Source of the DNA: Woeseiaceae bacterium
GTDB taxonomy: Bacteria > Pseudomonadota > Gammaproteobacteria > Steroidobacterales > Woeseiaceae
Length of the DNA: 64,000 nucleotides
Assembly (NCBI GenBank): GCA_021773055.1
Contig: JAJFKV010000044.1
Span: 20,151-84,150 of the forward strand
Reading direction: 5' to 3'
Numbering within the stretch: the stretch's first letter is position 1; each line of letters starts with the position of its first letter. Of this stretch, positions 10,004 through 18,501 are shown one piece after another. The translations under genes were made by a program, and so were the position numbers. The notes beneath the pieces are model-generated. The model did not search any database. It worked only from the letters and a program-made list of their open reading frames with translations, and had not been told where the DNA came from.

Positions 10004-11056
10004 TTATTTCCTGCCGGCGGCAATTAAACGACGCGCGTATTCGTCCGCAAGTTCGTTGGTCGGCCGGCCGGTTTCGATTGCCTCGGCGAATAGCGTCTGT
10101 AGTCGCGCAGGAATTCTCTCTACATCAGCGCGCACCTTGTCTTCCGAGCTACCGCCATAATACTCGTGCGACACGCTGATAATACCGCCAGCGTTGATGA
10201 CATAATCGGGCGCATACAGAATATCGCGTGCCGAAAGCCTTGCGCCATCTTCCAGAGTGGACAGCTGGTTGTTGGCAGCGCCGGCGATGATTTTCGCTTT
10301 GATTTTAGGAATCGTCGCCGAAGTCAGGATGTTGCCGAGTGCGCAAGGCGCAAGTATCTCAGCATTGGCATACAGAATTTCGGCGGGTGCGACGACCTCA
10401 ACCGGAATACTTTCGCCCAATGCCTTTAAGTTGTAGCCATTCACGTCCGCGACAATGAGTTTGGCACCCGCTTCGTGCAGCAACTTGCAAAGGTAAACGC
10501 CGACATGGCCAACTCCCTGAACGGCGACCGTTAATCCGGCCAGCGAGTCCTTATCAAGTCGTGCTTTGACGGCGGCTTCGATTCCCAGGAATACACCAAG
10601 CGCCGTCCATGGCGACGGGTCACCGCCAGCATTTTGTCCGCTTTGCGGCAGACCGGACACATACTCTGTCTGTTGCTGTACGTGTCGCATATCTTCAACT
10701 GACATGCCCACATCTTCGGCTGTTATGTAACGGCCACTCAAAGAATTAACGGCGCGCCCGAACGCTGCCAGCAACTCCGGGGTTTTCGGCACAGCGTCAT
10801 CACCAATAATGACAGCCTTGCCACCGCCGAATGGAAGTTCCGCCACGGCATTCTTGTAGGTCATGCCGCGGGATAAGCGCAGTGCATCGGTTAACGCGTC
10901 TGCGTCGCTCACGTAGGACCAGCGTCGACAACCGCCGGCTGCCGGACCAAGAGCCGTTGAATGCACTGCAACGATGGTGCGTAGCCCGGTTGGCTCATCG
11001 TTTATGAAGTGCAGCGATTCATGGTTGTCGAATTCGGTGTGATCAAAGACGGCCAT
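10004..11056 (-). CDS. ldh: Leucine (Leu/Val/Phe-type) dehydrogenase
   Basis: Glu/Leu/Phe/Val dehydrogenase motifs ELPFGGGKAVII and VAVQGVGHVGVYL. The start MAVFDHTEF at 11056 is preferred over the ORF-track start at 11149. Confidence 0.88.
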   Translation of the reverse strand: MAVFDHTEFDNHESLHFINDEPTGLRTIVAVHSTALGPAAGGCRRWSYVSDADALTDALRLSRGMTYKNAVAELPFGGGKAVIIGDDAVPKTPELLAAFGRAVNSLSGRYITAEDVGMSVEDMRHVQQQTEYVSGLPQSGQNAGGDPSPWTALGVFLGIEAAVKARLDKDSLAGLTVAVQGVGHVGVYLCKLLHEAGAKLIVADVNGYNLKALGESIPVEVVAPAEILYANAEILAPCALGNILTSATIPKIKAKIIAGAANNQLSTLEDGARLSARDILYAPDYVINAGGIISVSHEYYGGSSEDKVRADVERIPARLQTLFAEAIETGRPTNELADEYARRLIAAGRK

Positions 11057-11194
11057 GCGTCTCCCCTGTGAGTGTGAGCTAGGCATAGATTGACTAATAT
11101 ATCGCGGAATAAGGCTATAAAGCTTGCAAAACCTTTTACGTAAGTTCAAAACAGCGCATAATCAATGTGATTATCTATTACTGGCGACTAAATC

Positions 11195-11662
11195 ATGCAA
11201 AACGTTTCGCTCGACCATACCGACCGCAAGATTCTTGATTTGCTGCAGACCAATCCCGGCATCAATGCGACCGCGATTGGTGAGCGGATCGGGCTGTCGC
11301 AGTCTGCATGCTGGCGCCGCATTCAGCGTATGCGAGAGGAAGGCGTAATTCGCGATCAAGCCGTCATCCTGGATCGTGAGAAGGTCGGGTTGACGACGAT
11401 GGTATTTGCACACGTCAAGCTGACGTCACACGGCCGCAGTAATTTGTCTACATTTGCCGAAGACGTGAAACGCTATCCGGAAGTGATGGATTGCTACGTT
11501 GTGCTCGGCAATGTTGACTTCTTGCTGCGCATCGTCACTGAGGACATCAAGGCCTACGAACAGTTTTTCTTCGAAAAACTATCGCAGCTGCCGGGTATTC
11601 AAGAGGTTAATTCGAGCATTGTGCTTTCTGATATCAAGCACACAACGGCGCTCCCAATCTAG
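11195..11662 (+). CDS. bkdR: Lrp/AsnC-family transcriptional regulator, divergent from the ldh-bkd operon (BkdR-like)
   Basis: 155 aa with an N-terminal HTH (LDHTDRKILDLLQTNPGINATAIGERIGLSQSACWRRIQRMREEGVI) and a C-terminal AsnC/RAM domain. The divergent arrangement matches the Pseudomonas bkdR-bkd layout. Confidence 0.85.
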   Translation: MQNVSLDHTDRKILDLLQTNPGINATAIGERIGLSQSACWRRIQRMREEGVIRDQAVILDREKVGLTTMVFAHVKLTSHGRSNLSTFAEDVKRYPEVMDCYVVLGNVDFLLRIVTEDIKAYEQFFFEKLSQLPGIQEVNSSIVLSDIKHTTALPI

Positions 11663-11712
11663 CTGCGGTGACAGTGACCATAACTCCATCATGCCGGGCG
11701 AAATCATATTGA

Positions 11713-13062
11713 TTACTCGATTGGCTCATCTTCAATTTCCAGCTCCGTATCAGGCTCGGGCTCAGGCTCCGAGAGGGTTGCGAGCATTGCGGCAAACTGG
11801 GCGGGGCGATAGCGCTCATCGTTATTTAGTGTGTCCGCAATCCGGTCCAGCTGATCTTCGAGCCGGGGGTCATCAATTTCGATAACCAGCATTTGCACCG
11901 CCATGAATGCCTGCTCGGCGCTGATGTAATCAATGTAGTTACCTTCCGCTCCGGTGCCGAGAATTTCGCGCAACAACCGCATTTCATGACCGCTTGGATT
12001 TCGAGGAGACAGCTGACCTTGCAAGCGGGCCAGGACGACGTCGAGTATTGCTGCGGCCTCCCGGATGGCGTCGATATTGTCGCTGCCTGCACGATGCAAC
12101 GCGACGAGGCCGGACTCCATCGCCTCCCCATCGGACGGGGACAGGGCGCGCGCCAATGCCATCGACATTACGAGCGTACCGTCGTGTACAAACGGCACAC
12201 CGGGTCCGGCACCGCCGTGCCGCGGTAGTGGTCGCCACTGCACAGTCTTCATTGAGCGGTGACAAGCGTGGCAGTCATAAAGCCCGAGCTCCGGAAACAT
12301 TCCTTCGCCGTCGAAAAGTGGTCCATCAATCAAGCTCAGGCGATGCCGGCTTTCGGCGAGTAGTCCGGCAGCCCAGCTGTAGCTGTGGCTTACCGAGCCT
12401 TTGCGCTCGCGATAATCTGCATCGATCCGATAGTGAGGTTGGCGACCAAAAGTACGCCATAACTCCGTAAATGTATCGAGTTCAAACGCGAGGCGGGGGT
12501 GTCCTGCCGCCATGATGCGATGCGTTGCAAACTTGTCCTTTGTACCGAGATGACAAGAGAGACAAAGGTCGCCACGCTTCGATACGGATTCGGTTGGATA
12601 CAGGCCGGCCTCGAGATTCGCCGCATGCGTGACGGTCGGTTGGTTGTAATGTGTCGCCAACCAGTTTTCCGCACCACCGTGGCAGGATTCGCAGCCAACA
12701 CCATCGGAAAGGTGAAATCGCTCACCGCGCTGCTGGAGCGGGACATTATCCGCGTGGCAGTCTAGGCATATTTTCGCCGTAATTGCCGATCCCAACCCGA
12801 GTCGTGCGGCGATACCCTTCGATCGGCTATTGCTGAGAACTTCGTAGGCCAGAGAGTGTGGGTCGTCCTGCGTCCAAGTGACGTACTCATTCTGCAAGAC
12901 GTTGGAACCCTCGCGCGGTACCGCTGAGCCATGGCATTGAGAAGCAGCGCAAGTAGCAACGCCCATGTGAACATAGCCATCGTTCTCGGGTAACTCGGCA
13001 GAGGTCACGCCAGCCAGCAAGATGCCAAGCGCAGCAAGCGACGTTCTATTCATCTTCGACAT
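11713..13062 (-). CDS. Secreted multihaem c-type cytochrome (4 CXXCH + 1 CX4CH) with an acidic C-terminal tail
   Basis: Signal peptide MSKMNRTSLAALGILLAGVTSA. Haem motifs are CAASQCH, CLDCH, CESCH, CLSCH and CHACH. The tail is EPEPEPDTELEIEDEPIE. The start is 13062 or 13053, overlapping the upstream stop by 17 or 8 nt. Confidence 0.85.
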   Translation of the reverse strand: MSKMNRTSLAALGILLAGVTSAELPENDGYVHMGVATCAASQCHGSAVPREGSNVLQNEYVTWTQDDPHSLAYEVLSNSRSKGIAARLGLGSAITAKICLDCHADNVPLQQRGERFHLSDGVGCESCHGGAENWLATHYNQPTVTHAANLEAGLYPTESVSKRGDLCLSCHLGTKDKFATHRIMAAGHPRLAFELDTFTELWRTFGRQPHYRIDADYRERKGSVSHSYSWAAGLLAESRHRLSLIDGPLFDGEGMFPELGLYDCHACHRSMKTVQWRPLPRHGGAGPGVPFVHDGTLVMSMALARALSPSDGEAMESGLVALHRAGSDNIDAIREAAAILDVVLARLQGQLSPRNPSGHEMRLLREILGTGAEGNYIDYISAEQAFMAVQMLVIEIDDPRLEDQLDRIADTLNNDERYRPAQFAAMLATLSEPEPEPDTELEIEDEPIE

Positions 13063-16000
13063 ACCAGGGATTCCCCTCTGCATCGAGATACAGTTTCTGC
13101 ATCTCTTCATGAGTAAGTGGACGCGAGCCCTTGCGGCCGAATACCGCGATCTGACCGCCTGTTTCGTCGACACCGCGATCGCGATCAAGCCCTTTCGAAA
13201 GCGACAACACCGGACTTTGCGTTGGATAACTTGCGATCAGTTCGGGTTTCGGCAACGGGCTGAAGCCGTAAAAGTTTGGTTGTGAGCTCGGCGACGTCAG
13301 TTGCACAATCTTCAGGCCGTCGAAGCCATCAGCGACATAGGCGTAAAGAGATGCGTTGGTTGAGCCAACAACGACATCCCGCGAATCGCGGATCCGCCCG
13401 TTCGCATTGAAAAACTCAATGAGCTTCGGTTCTTCAGGGTTCCAGACATCGATGACAGCCAGCCCTTGTGAGCGTGCAGCTACGTAGGCATAGGTTCGAG
13501 CAACATATATGCGTTCGGCATCGTCAATCGGAACATGTGCGCCACTCATCCGTGGAGCGTCCGGGTTCGTTACATCAACAACGCGCAGCCCCGAATCGTC
13601 TGTGACAAACAGATAGCGAAATTGCAGCGCTGACGCACGACCGTTATCGAGCGGTACAATGGCCGTGATATACGGAATCATCGGCCGGTTCACATTGACG
13701 ATGATGAGTCCCCGATCCGCGACGATGTACAAATAGTGGCCGCCGATCGTGATGTGACGCGCACCGGCCAGTACGCCACCGGGGTTCCACGTCAAAGCTC
13801 GCTCGATGAAATTGTTATTCAGATCACCGTCAGAGAAGGTCGTTACATCAACCAGGATCAGCCCTTCCGTGCTGTCGGTTACAAATGCGTAGTCATAGAT
13901 CGGATGAAACGCCTGTTCCTGATTATCGATCCGCATCAGATCACCAGTATTTCGTGGCGGATGAATAGGTTGATTGGTGGGCAGTGCTACGCAGGTGGCG
14001 TACTTTGAGTTAACGTCTGAGTCGTGCCCCATTTTGCTAAAGGGCAACTCGACGATGCGCTGACTGAAGCCCTTGTTCGCAATGTTCGCAATGTCATAGA
14101 CCTGCAAACCCTTTTCGCCTTCCGCCGAATACAGATACTCTCCGCGCACTTGCACGCAACGTGCCGGTCCACCGCTATGTGTTGCGGCGGTCTGCAGAAC
14201 GCTGCCATCGTCCAGATGCTGCTGGAAATTATCCGGGTAGGCGTAACGGTGCAAATAGCTGCCGATTACCGCTTGTGGTTCGTCCCATTCGGTAACTTGC
14301 GTGCCGAGAATGCCGTCTTCCAGACCGGCCCAGGCATTGAAGCCGACAAAATTGACGAAGTTGGTACCGAACAGCAACAGTTGAGCCATCCACGCATTGT
14401 TATCACCCGCGGCGCTCAGGTGGCAATTGCTGCAGGTCTTGGTTTCAGTTTTTCGCGTCGTGTGCGGAAAGTGCGGATTCATTGCCTGTGAGCTGAAGCC
14501 ACTGGCCGCAACCGGTGCCTGTTGAACGTAGATGTGTTCGCGGTTCGCATTGGTCGACGACAAGACCAGAGCTGAAGAAGAACGTACTGGTGCAATCTTG
14601 CTATCGTTCAGTGGTCCGCGCCGACCGAGCATGAACATTTGATCGCGTGCTACCTGCGGGTTGTAGGTGGCGAAGTTACGAGATTCACCGCCGTCATAAT
14701 GATGACTCTCGGTTTTCCAGTTAGCCTCGATAGGCAAATGGCAGCCGGCACAACTTGTTATCCACGATGTGTGGCAGGTGTAGCACTCAATCTCTTCGTT
14801 TTGATGAGCGAGGTCTTCCGTCGCTACGCCCAATCCCCAGTCCTGGCTTTGTACGTCATCGCTCATCAACTTGGCGCGTGCTGCTTTTTCGTTGTACTCG
14901 GCGTGCTCGGGATTGACGCTGTCCTTGACCAGGCTCAACGCCCACTCGACGTCGGGGTCCAGTATTGATCGCTGGATGAGTTTGTCGCCTTGCCACTCGA
15001 AGCGGCGCTTGCCATTCTCATTGCGATACAGACGCATGTCTGTGCCACCCGGTGGTGCAGCGGGGCCTGATGTTCTCAAGTCCGGATACGACTGCGCTGT
15101 ACCGTGGCAATCCTTGCATTCGACTTCGACAGCACTCGCCACTTCGCCGTAAATATGCCCGTTGCCGTGATTGTCTTGCGTGAAGTGACAATCCACGCAG
15201 TGCATGCCTTTATCAACATGGATAGATGACATGTGTACAGCTTTGTCAAACTTGTCCGGATCATCGTTGGCGACGATGTTGCCATCGGCATCCAGAAGGT
15301 TGCCTCGCAAGTCGCGTTTTTGAATGGCGCGAAAATTCCAGCCGTGGCCGTGGTAATCCGCGAACTGCGTATCGTTTAGTTCGGGATTGAGATCGGTCAC
15401 GTTGCGCAGGAAATCGATGTCCGCCCACTTGCCACGAATGACCGCTCCTTCAGGGTTTCGGTCCTGGACCTCTCGCTGCTCGGCAATGCTCAGATTTTGT
15501 TGTTCCTCTGGCCACATGAAGGGCGCGTCGGACTCGTAATCCCACATCGTGTAGCCAAGATAGGAATTCATAAACATGTTGGGCTGGTGCATGTGACAAA
15601 CCATGCACTGGCTCGTCGGTATGGCGCGCGAAAACTCGTGTCGCAATGGGTGGCCTGATTCGCCTTTGGGAATAGTTGGATCAAGTGATGTTGATTCACC
15701 GTCACGGCCGAACGCAGCATAAGGGCCCGAGTGCCTCTCGTCACGGTCATTCGCGTAGACGACGTGGCAACTCGCACAGCCCGAAGATCGATAGTCGCCC
15801 GGCTGATCATTGGTGCCCATGAACCAGGTGAACGGATCGTTCAGACGAGTCTTGTGAATATTGATCAATGGCACGGCTATACGGCCGCCGGTACCAGGAC
15901 CACGATTGGACTGTCGCGTATCGGGCTTGCCCGGCTCTTCGAGTCGCTGTATTTGCCCCAGCGTATTCGGCAAACCGGTTTCCGGAAACAGGTTGGTCAG

Positions 16001-16711
16001 GTTTCTGCCGCCGTCCTCAAACACACGGAACACATCGGCTGGCTTGACACTTTCCCAGGTAGGCAATGGAAACAAGCCGGCGATGACGCCGTGTTGTTTC
16101 GCCACTTCGGGGTCGAGGTCGGACCCCGTAATTTTGGCGGGTTCGCCGTCTGCCGTATAGCCTTCACCGAGTATGTAGTTCTTGAACGGCAGTATGCCGT
16201 TATTGTATGCGGCACCACCCCAGAGCATGACGCCAGTTGCCATCATGCTGCGAATATTCGCATCGATAATTTTCTGATGGCATGCGCCGCAGGCCGTTTC
16301 AGCCACCCGATAGTCGGATGGATTGACGAAGCGGATGAACTCGGAGCTTTCGTGGTTGAGGAGCGTGTACGAGCGTTCCGGGTTGGCGCTTGACGGGAAA
16401 TGCCAGGTCTCCGGATAAAGCGGACTAACGTGCGCGCGATCAAGCGCAGATTCGTCATCCTTCTCGATCGTCGAGTCGCCGCCGTGACAATCGGTGCAAC
16501 CGAGCACCACAGACGGACTGTCATGCATGCTGCTGGCGTCGGTGGACGTGTGACAGCTTACGCAGCCGAAGCTTTTGAGCGCGGCCATTTGCTGTGACTG
16601 TCCTTCAGGCGCGGGCGGGTAGACAGGATATTCAACGTGCTGCGGTGCCTCGCCCTCCGAGGCCATCAGCATGAGCGGCAGTAGCAACAATAACGATGTC
16701 AGTTTCTTCAT
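13046..16711 (-). CDS. 1221-aa secreted decahaem c-type cytochrome fused to a C-terminal LVIVD-repeat beta-propeller
   Basis: Signal peptide MKKLTSLLLLLPLMLMASEG. There are ten CXXCH motifs in the first ~770 aa (CVSCH, CTDCH, CGACH, CASCH, CMVCH, CVDCH, CKDCH, CYTCH, CAGCH, CSNCH). The C-terminal ~400 aa carries six LVIVD-like repeats (GLQVYDIAN, GLILVDVTT, GLIIVNVNR, GLRVVDVTN, GLAVIDVWN, GLKIVQLTS). Confidence 0.85.
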   Translation of the reverse strand: MKKLTSLLLLLPLMLMASEGEAPQHVEYPVYPPAPEGQSQQMAALKSFGCVSCHTSTDASSMHDSPSVVLGCTDCHGGDSTIEKDDESALDRAHVSPLYPETWHFPSSANPERSYTLLNHESSEFIRFVNPSDYRVAETACGACHQKIIDANIRSMMATGVMLWGGAAYNNGILPFKNYILGEGYTADGEPAKITGSDLDPEVAKQHGVIAGLFPLPTWESVKPADVFRVFEDGGRNLTNLFPETGLPNTLGQIQRLEEPGKPDTRQSNRGPGTGGRIAVPLINIHKTRLNDPFTWFMGTNDQPGDYRSSGCASCHVVYANDRDERHSGPYAAFGRDGESTSLDPTIPKGESGHPLRHEFSRAIPTSQCMVCHMHQPNMFMNSYLGYTMWDYESDAPFMWPEEQQNLSIAEQREVQDRNPEGAVIRGKWADIDFLRNVTDLNPELNDTQFADYHGHGWNFRAIQKRDLRGNLLDADGNIVANDDPDKFDKAVHMSSIHVDKGMHCVDCHFTQDNHGNGHIYGEVASAVEVECKDCHGTAQSYPDLRTSGPAAPPGGTDMRLYRNENGKRRFEWQGDKLIQRSILDPDVEWALSLVKDSVNPEHAEYNEKAARAKLMSDDVQSQDWGLGVATEDLAHQNEEIECYTCHTSWITSCAGCHLPIEANWKTESHHYDGGESRNFATYNPQVARDQMFMLGRRGPLNDSKIAPVRSSSALVLSSTNANREHIYVQQAPVAASGFSSQAMNPHFPHTTRKTETKTCSNCHLSAAGDNNAWMAQLLLFGTNFVNFVGFNAWAGLEDGILGTQVTEWDEPQAVIGSYLHRYAYPDNFQQHLDDGSVLQTAATHSGGPARCVQVRGEYLYSAEGEKGLQVYDIANIANKGFSQRIVELPFSKMGHDSDVNSKYATCVALPTNQPIHPPRNTGDLMRIDNQEQAFHPIYDYAFVTDSTEGLILVDVTTFSDGDLNNNFIERALTWNPGGVLAGARHITIGGHYLYIVADRGLIIVNVNRPMIPYITAIVPLDNGRASALQFRYLFVTDDSGLRVVDVTNPDAPRMSGAHVPIDDAERIYVARTYAYVAARSQGLAVIDVWNPEEPKLIEFFNANGRIRDSRDVVVGSTNASLYAYVADGFDGLKIVQLTSPSSQPNFYGFSPLPKPELIASYPTQSPVLSLSKGLDRDRGVDETGGQIAVFGRKGSRPLTHEEMQKLYLDAEGNPWYVEDE

Positions 16712-18501
16712 CAGTACGCCAGAATCAGGTTTGCGAGTACGGAGTAGGCCGTGTCCGAGCCGAAAAGTTGTTTATAGCCATCGGCCGGGACGAGCGCGGA
16801 ACCCGCTACACGCAGAATAACGTTCTGCGATATCAGCGGCCGATAGGTAATCGCGAGCGACAGGTCCTGACCAATACTCTTGTCAATGTTGCCCTGATTG
16901 CGGGCGACTTCGAGTACTGCCGTATCGTCGAACCACAGCTGGTTTGCATTTATGGACGCGCGAATCTTCGGTGTGATTTCCATATCGACACCCACACCCG
17001 CCAGCAACAGCCCCGGGTTTGTGAAATTCGATTGCCCGTGCGCCTTGCTTGAACGCAACGAATTGAGCAGGCCGTTCTGTGACGAGAGCGTGACCCGGCC
17101 GCCACCGAGCAACGGCACCGCCTGACGAATCCAGAAACTAGTGTCGGCACCGGCGATCAGCGGATTCTCAAAAATCGCGTCGAAGCCCGTGGACTTGTCA
17201 TCATAGGGATCGTCATCTCCACTGCCATAGATGAGCGTTGCCCGGAGACGTAACCAGTCGAAATCTCGCGAGACCTCGACGGCTGCAAATGCGGCGCTGA
17301 TATCGCTCTCAAGGCCGGTAAATGTTGCGGGCTTTTCTGTGCCAAACGCGTAGTAAGCCGAAGCTGTCAGGTTCCAGCGACCGATGTGACCGTCGCCGTT
17401 ATAACCGACATATGTGACCTCATACTCGCGATTTCTCTGCACGCCGATAGCGGCAGGTCGAGCGAGAAATCCATTTGCGTCTACGAAAGGATCATCAATT
17501 TCGGAATTACGGTTGTGAACCAGCGCGATCTGTGAGGTGAAACCCAGTATCGGAAAGTCCTGTCGATAGAGATTAAAAAGTAATACGTCGTCCTCACGGA
17601 GGTCGGCGGAAATGTCGTTCAGTCCGCTGTTCGAGTCTTTCTCAAGACGGCGGAATACACCGATGTTGTATTGCCAGCGATTGTTGTTCCGCGTGCCGAA
17701 CAAGCGGATGCCCACCGGGCTGTCTTGAAACAGGAAACCCCGAAAGTCGGCCGTTATCGGCTGTATTCCGATCCTCAGACTATCGAAGTCAAAGCGATCG
17801 GAGACGTTGCGCAAATGCTTGTCGAGAAACAAGCCCTGGATGCCGACAAAGTTGTCACTTCGAGTTGTGCCCGCGGTTGGGTCGGCTCGCAAGATACCGG
17901 CTTCGCCGACTTCGACGCGTGTGAAATTAAGAACTGGCAGAATACGCAGCTCATAGTCAGGCGGCCTGAATATGGTCTCGCCTTTATAGAGCACCGCCTC
18001 AAGGAGGACGTTTTGAGTAAATGCTGTCTGATCGACGTCGCCAGGAACGTCGAGCTCACCCGGATCGGGTGATGTTGCGATCCCGACGGGTGTCGGCAGA
18101 CGGCGACCCTCAAAAGTCGAGTCCGAAATCAGATTGAAGGCGACAAACCAGTCGTTACCGAATGCGGGGCGATCACCTTTTAGAACGTTGTTGCCATGAT
18201 ACGGATCCCAAAGGCGCTCGGGATAACCGACAGCATTAACGATGCGCCAGCGATCCGGTATGGCTGCGAAATAGGGCAGGTCGCCCCAAACAGCTGGTGA
18301 AAGTCCGGGCTCATCACAGCGATGTGCTTCACGTGGCGGGTCACCAGGCCGGCGACGTAAGCGATCGAAATACTCGACGCAATCAGCACGTATGCCGGGA
18401 GCCTCCGCTTGCACAGCGTTTGACACGGACATCGCATAACACGCGACCAGTGTGGCAAGGCAAAGATGTCTATTTATTTTCACAGACATTCTGCTCGTCA
18501 C
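16711..18501 (-). CDS. Putative outer-membrane beta-barrel protein (family not recognised)
   Basis: About 590 aa with signal peptide (MSVKINRHLCLATLVACYAMSVSNAVQA-EAP). The sequence has alternating amphipathic, Gly/aromatic-rich segments throughout and a C-terminal ...SVLANLILAY ending in an aromatic residue. Its stop overlaps the next gene's ATG by 1 nt (TGATG). The start is 18501 or 18489. Confidence 0.6.
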   Translation of the reverse strand: MTSRMSVKINRHLCLATLVACYAMSVSNAVQAEAPGIRADCVEYFDRLRRRPGDPPREAHRCDEPGLSPAVWGDLPYFAAIPDRWRIVNAVGYPERLWDPYHGNNVLKGDRPAFGNDWFVAFNLISDSTFEGRRLPTPVGIATSPDPGELDVPGDVDQTAFTQNVLLEAVLYKGETIFRPPDYELRILPVLNFTRVEVGEAGILRADPTAGTTRSDNFVGIQGLFLDKHLRNVSDRFDFDSLRIGIQPITADFRGFLFQDSPVGIRLFGTRNNNRWQYNIGVFRRLEKDSNSGLNDISADLREDDVLLFNLYRQDFPILGFTSQIALVHNRNSEIDDPFVDANGFLARPAAIGVQRNREYEVTYVGYNGDGHIGRWNLTASAYYAFGTEKPATFTGLESDISAAFAAVEVSRDFDWLRLRATLIYGSGDDDPYDDKSTGFDAIFENPLIAGADTSFWIRQAVPLLGGGRVTLSSQNGLLNSLRSSKAHGQSNFTNPGLLLAGVGVDMEITPKIRASINANQLWFDDTAVLEVARNQGNIDKSIGQDLSLAITYRPLISQNVILRVAGSALVPADGYKQLFGSDTAYSVLANLILAY

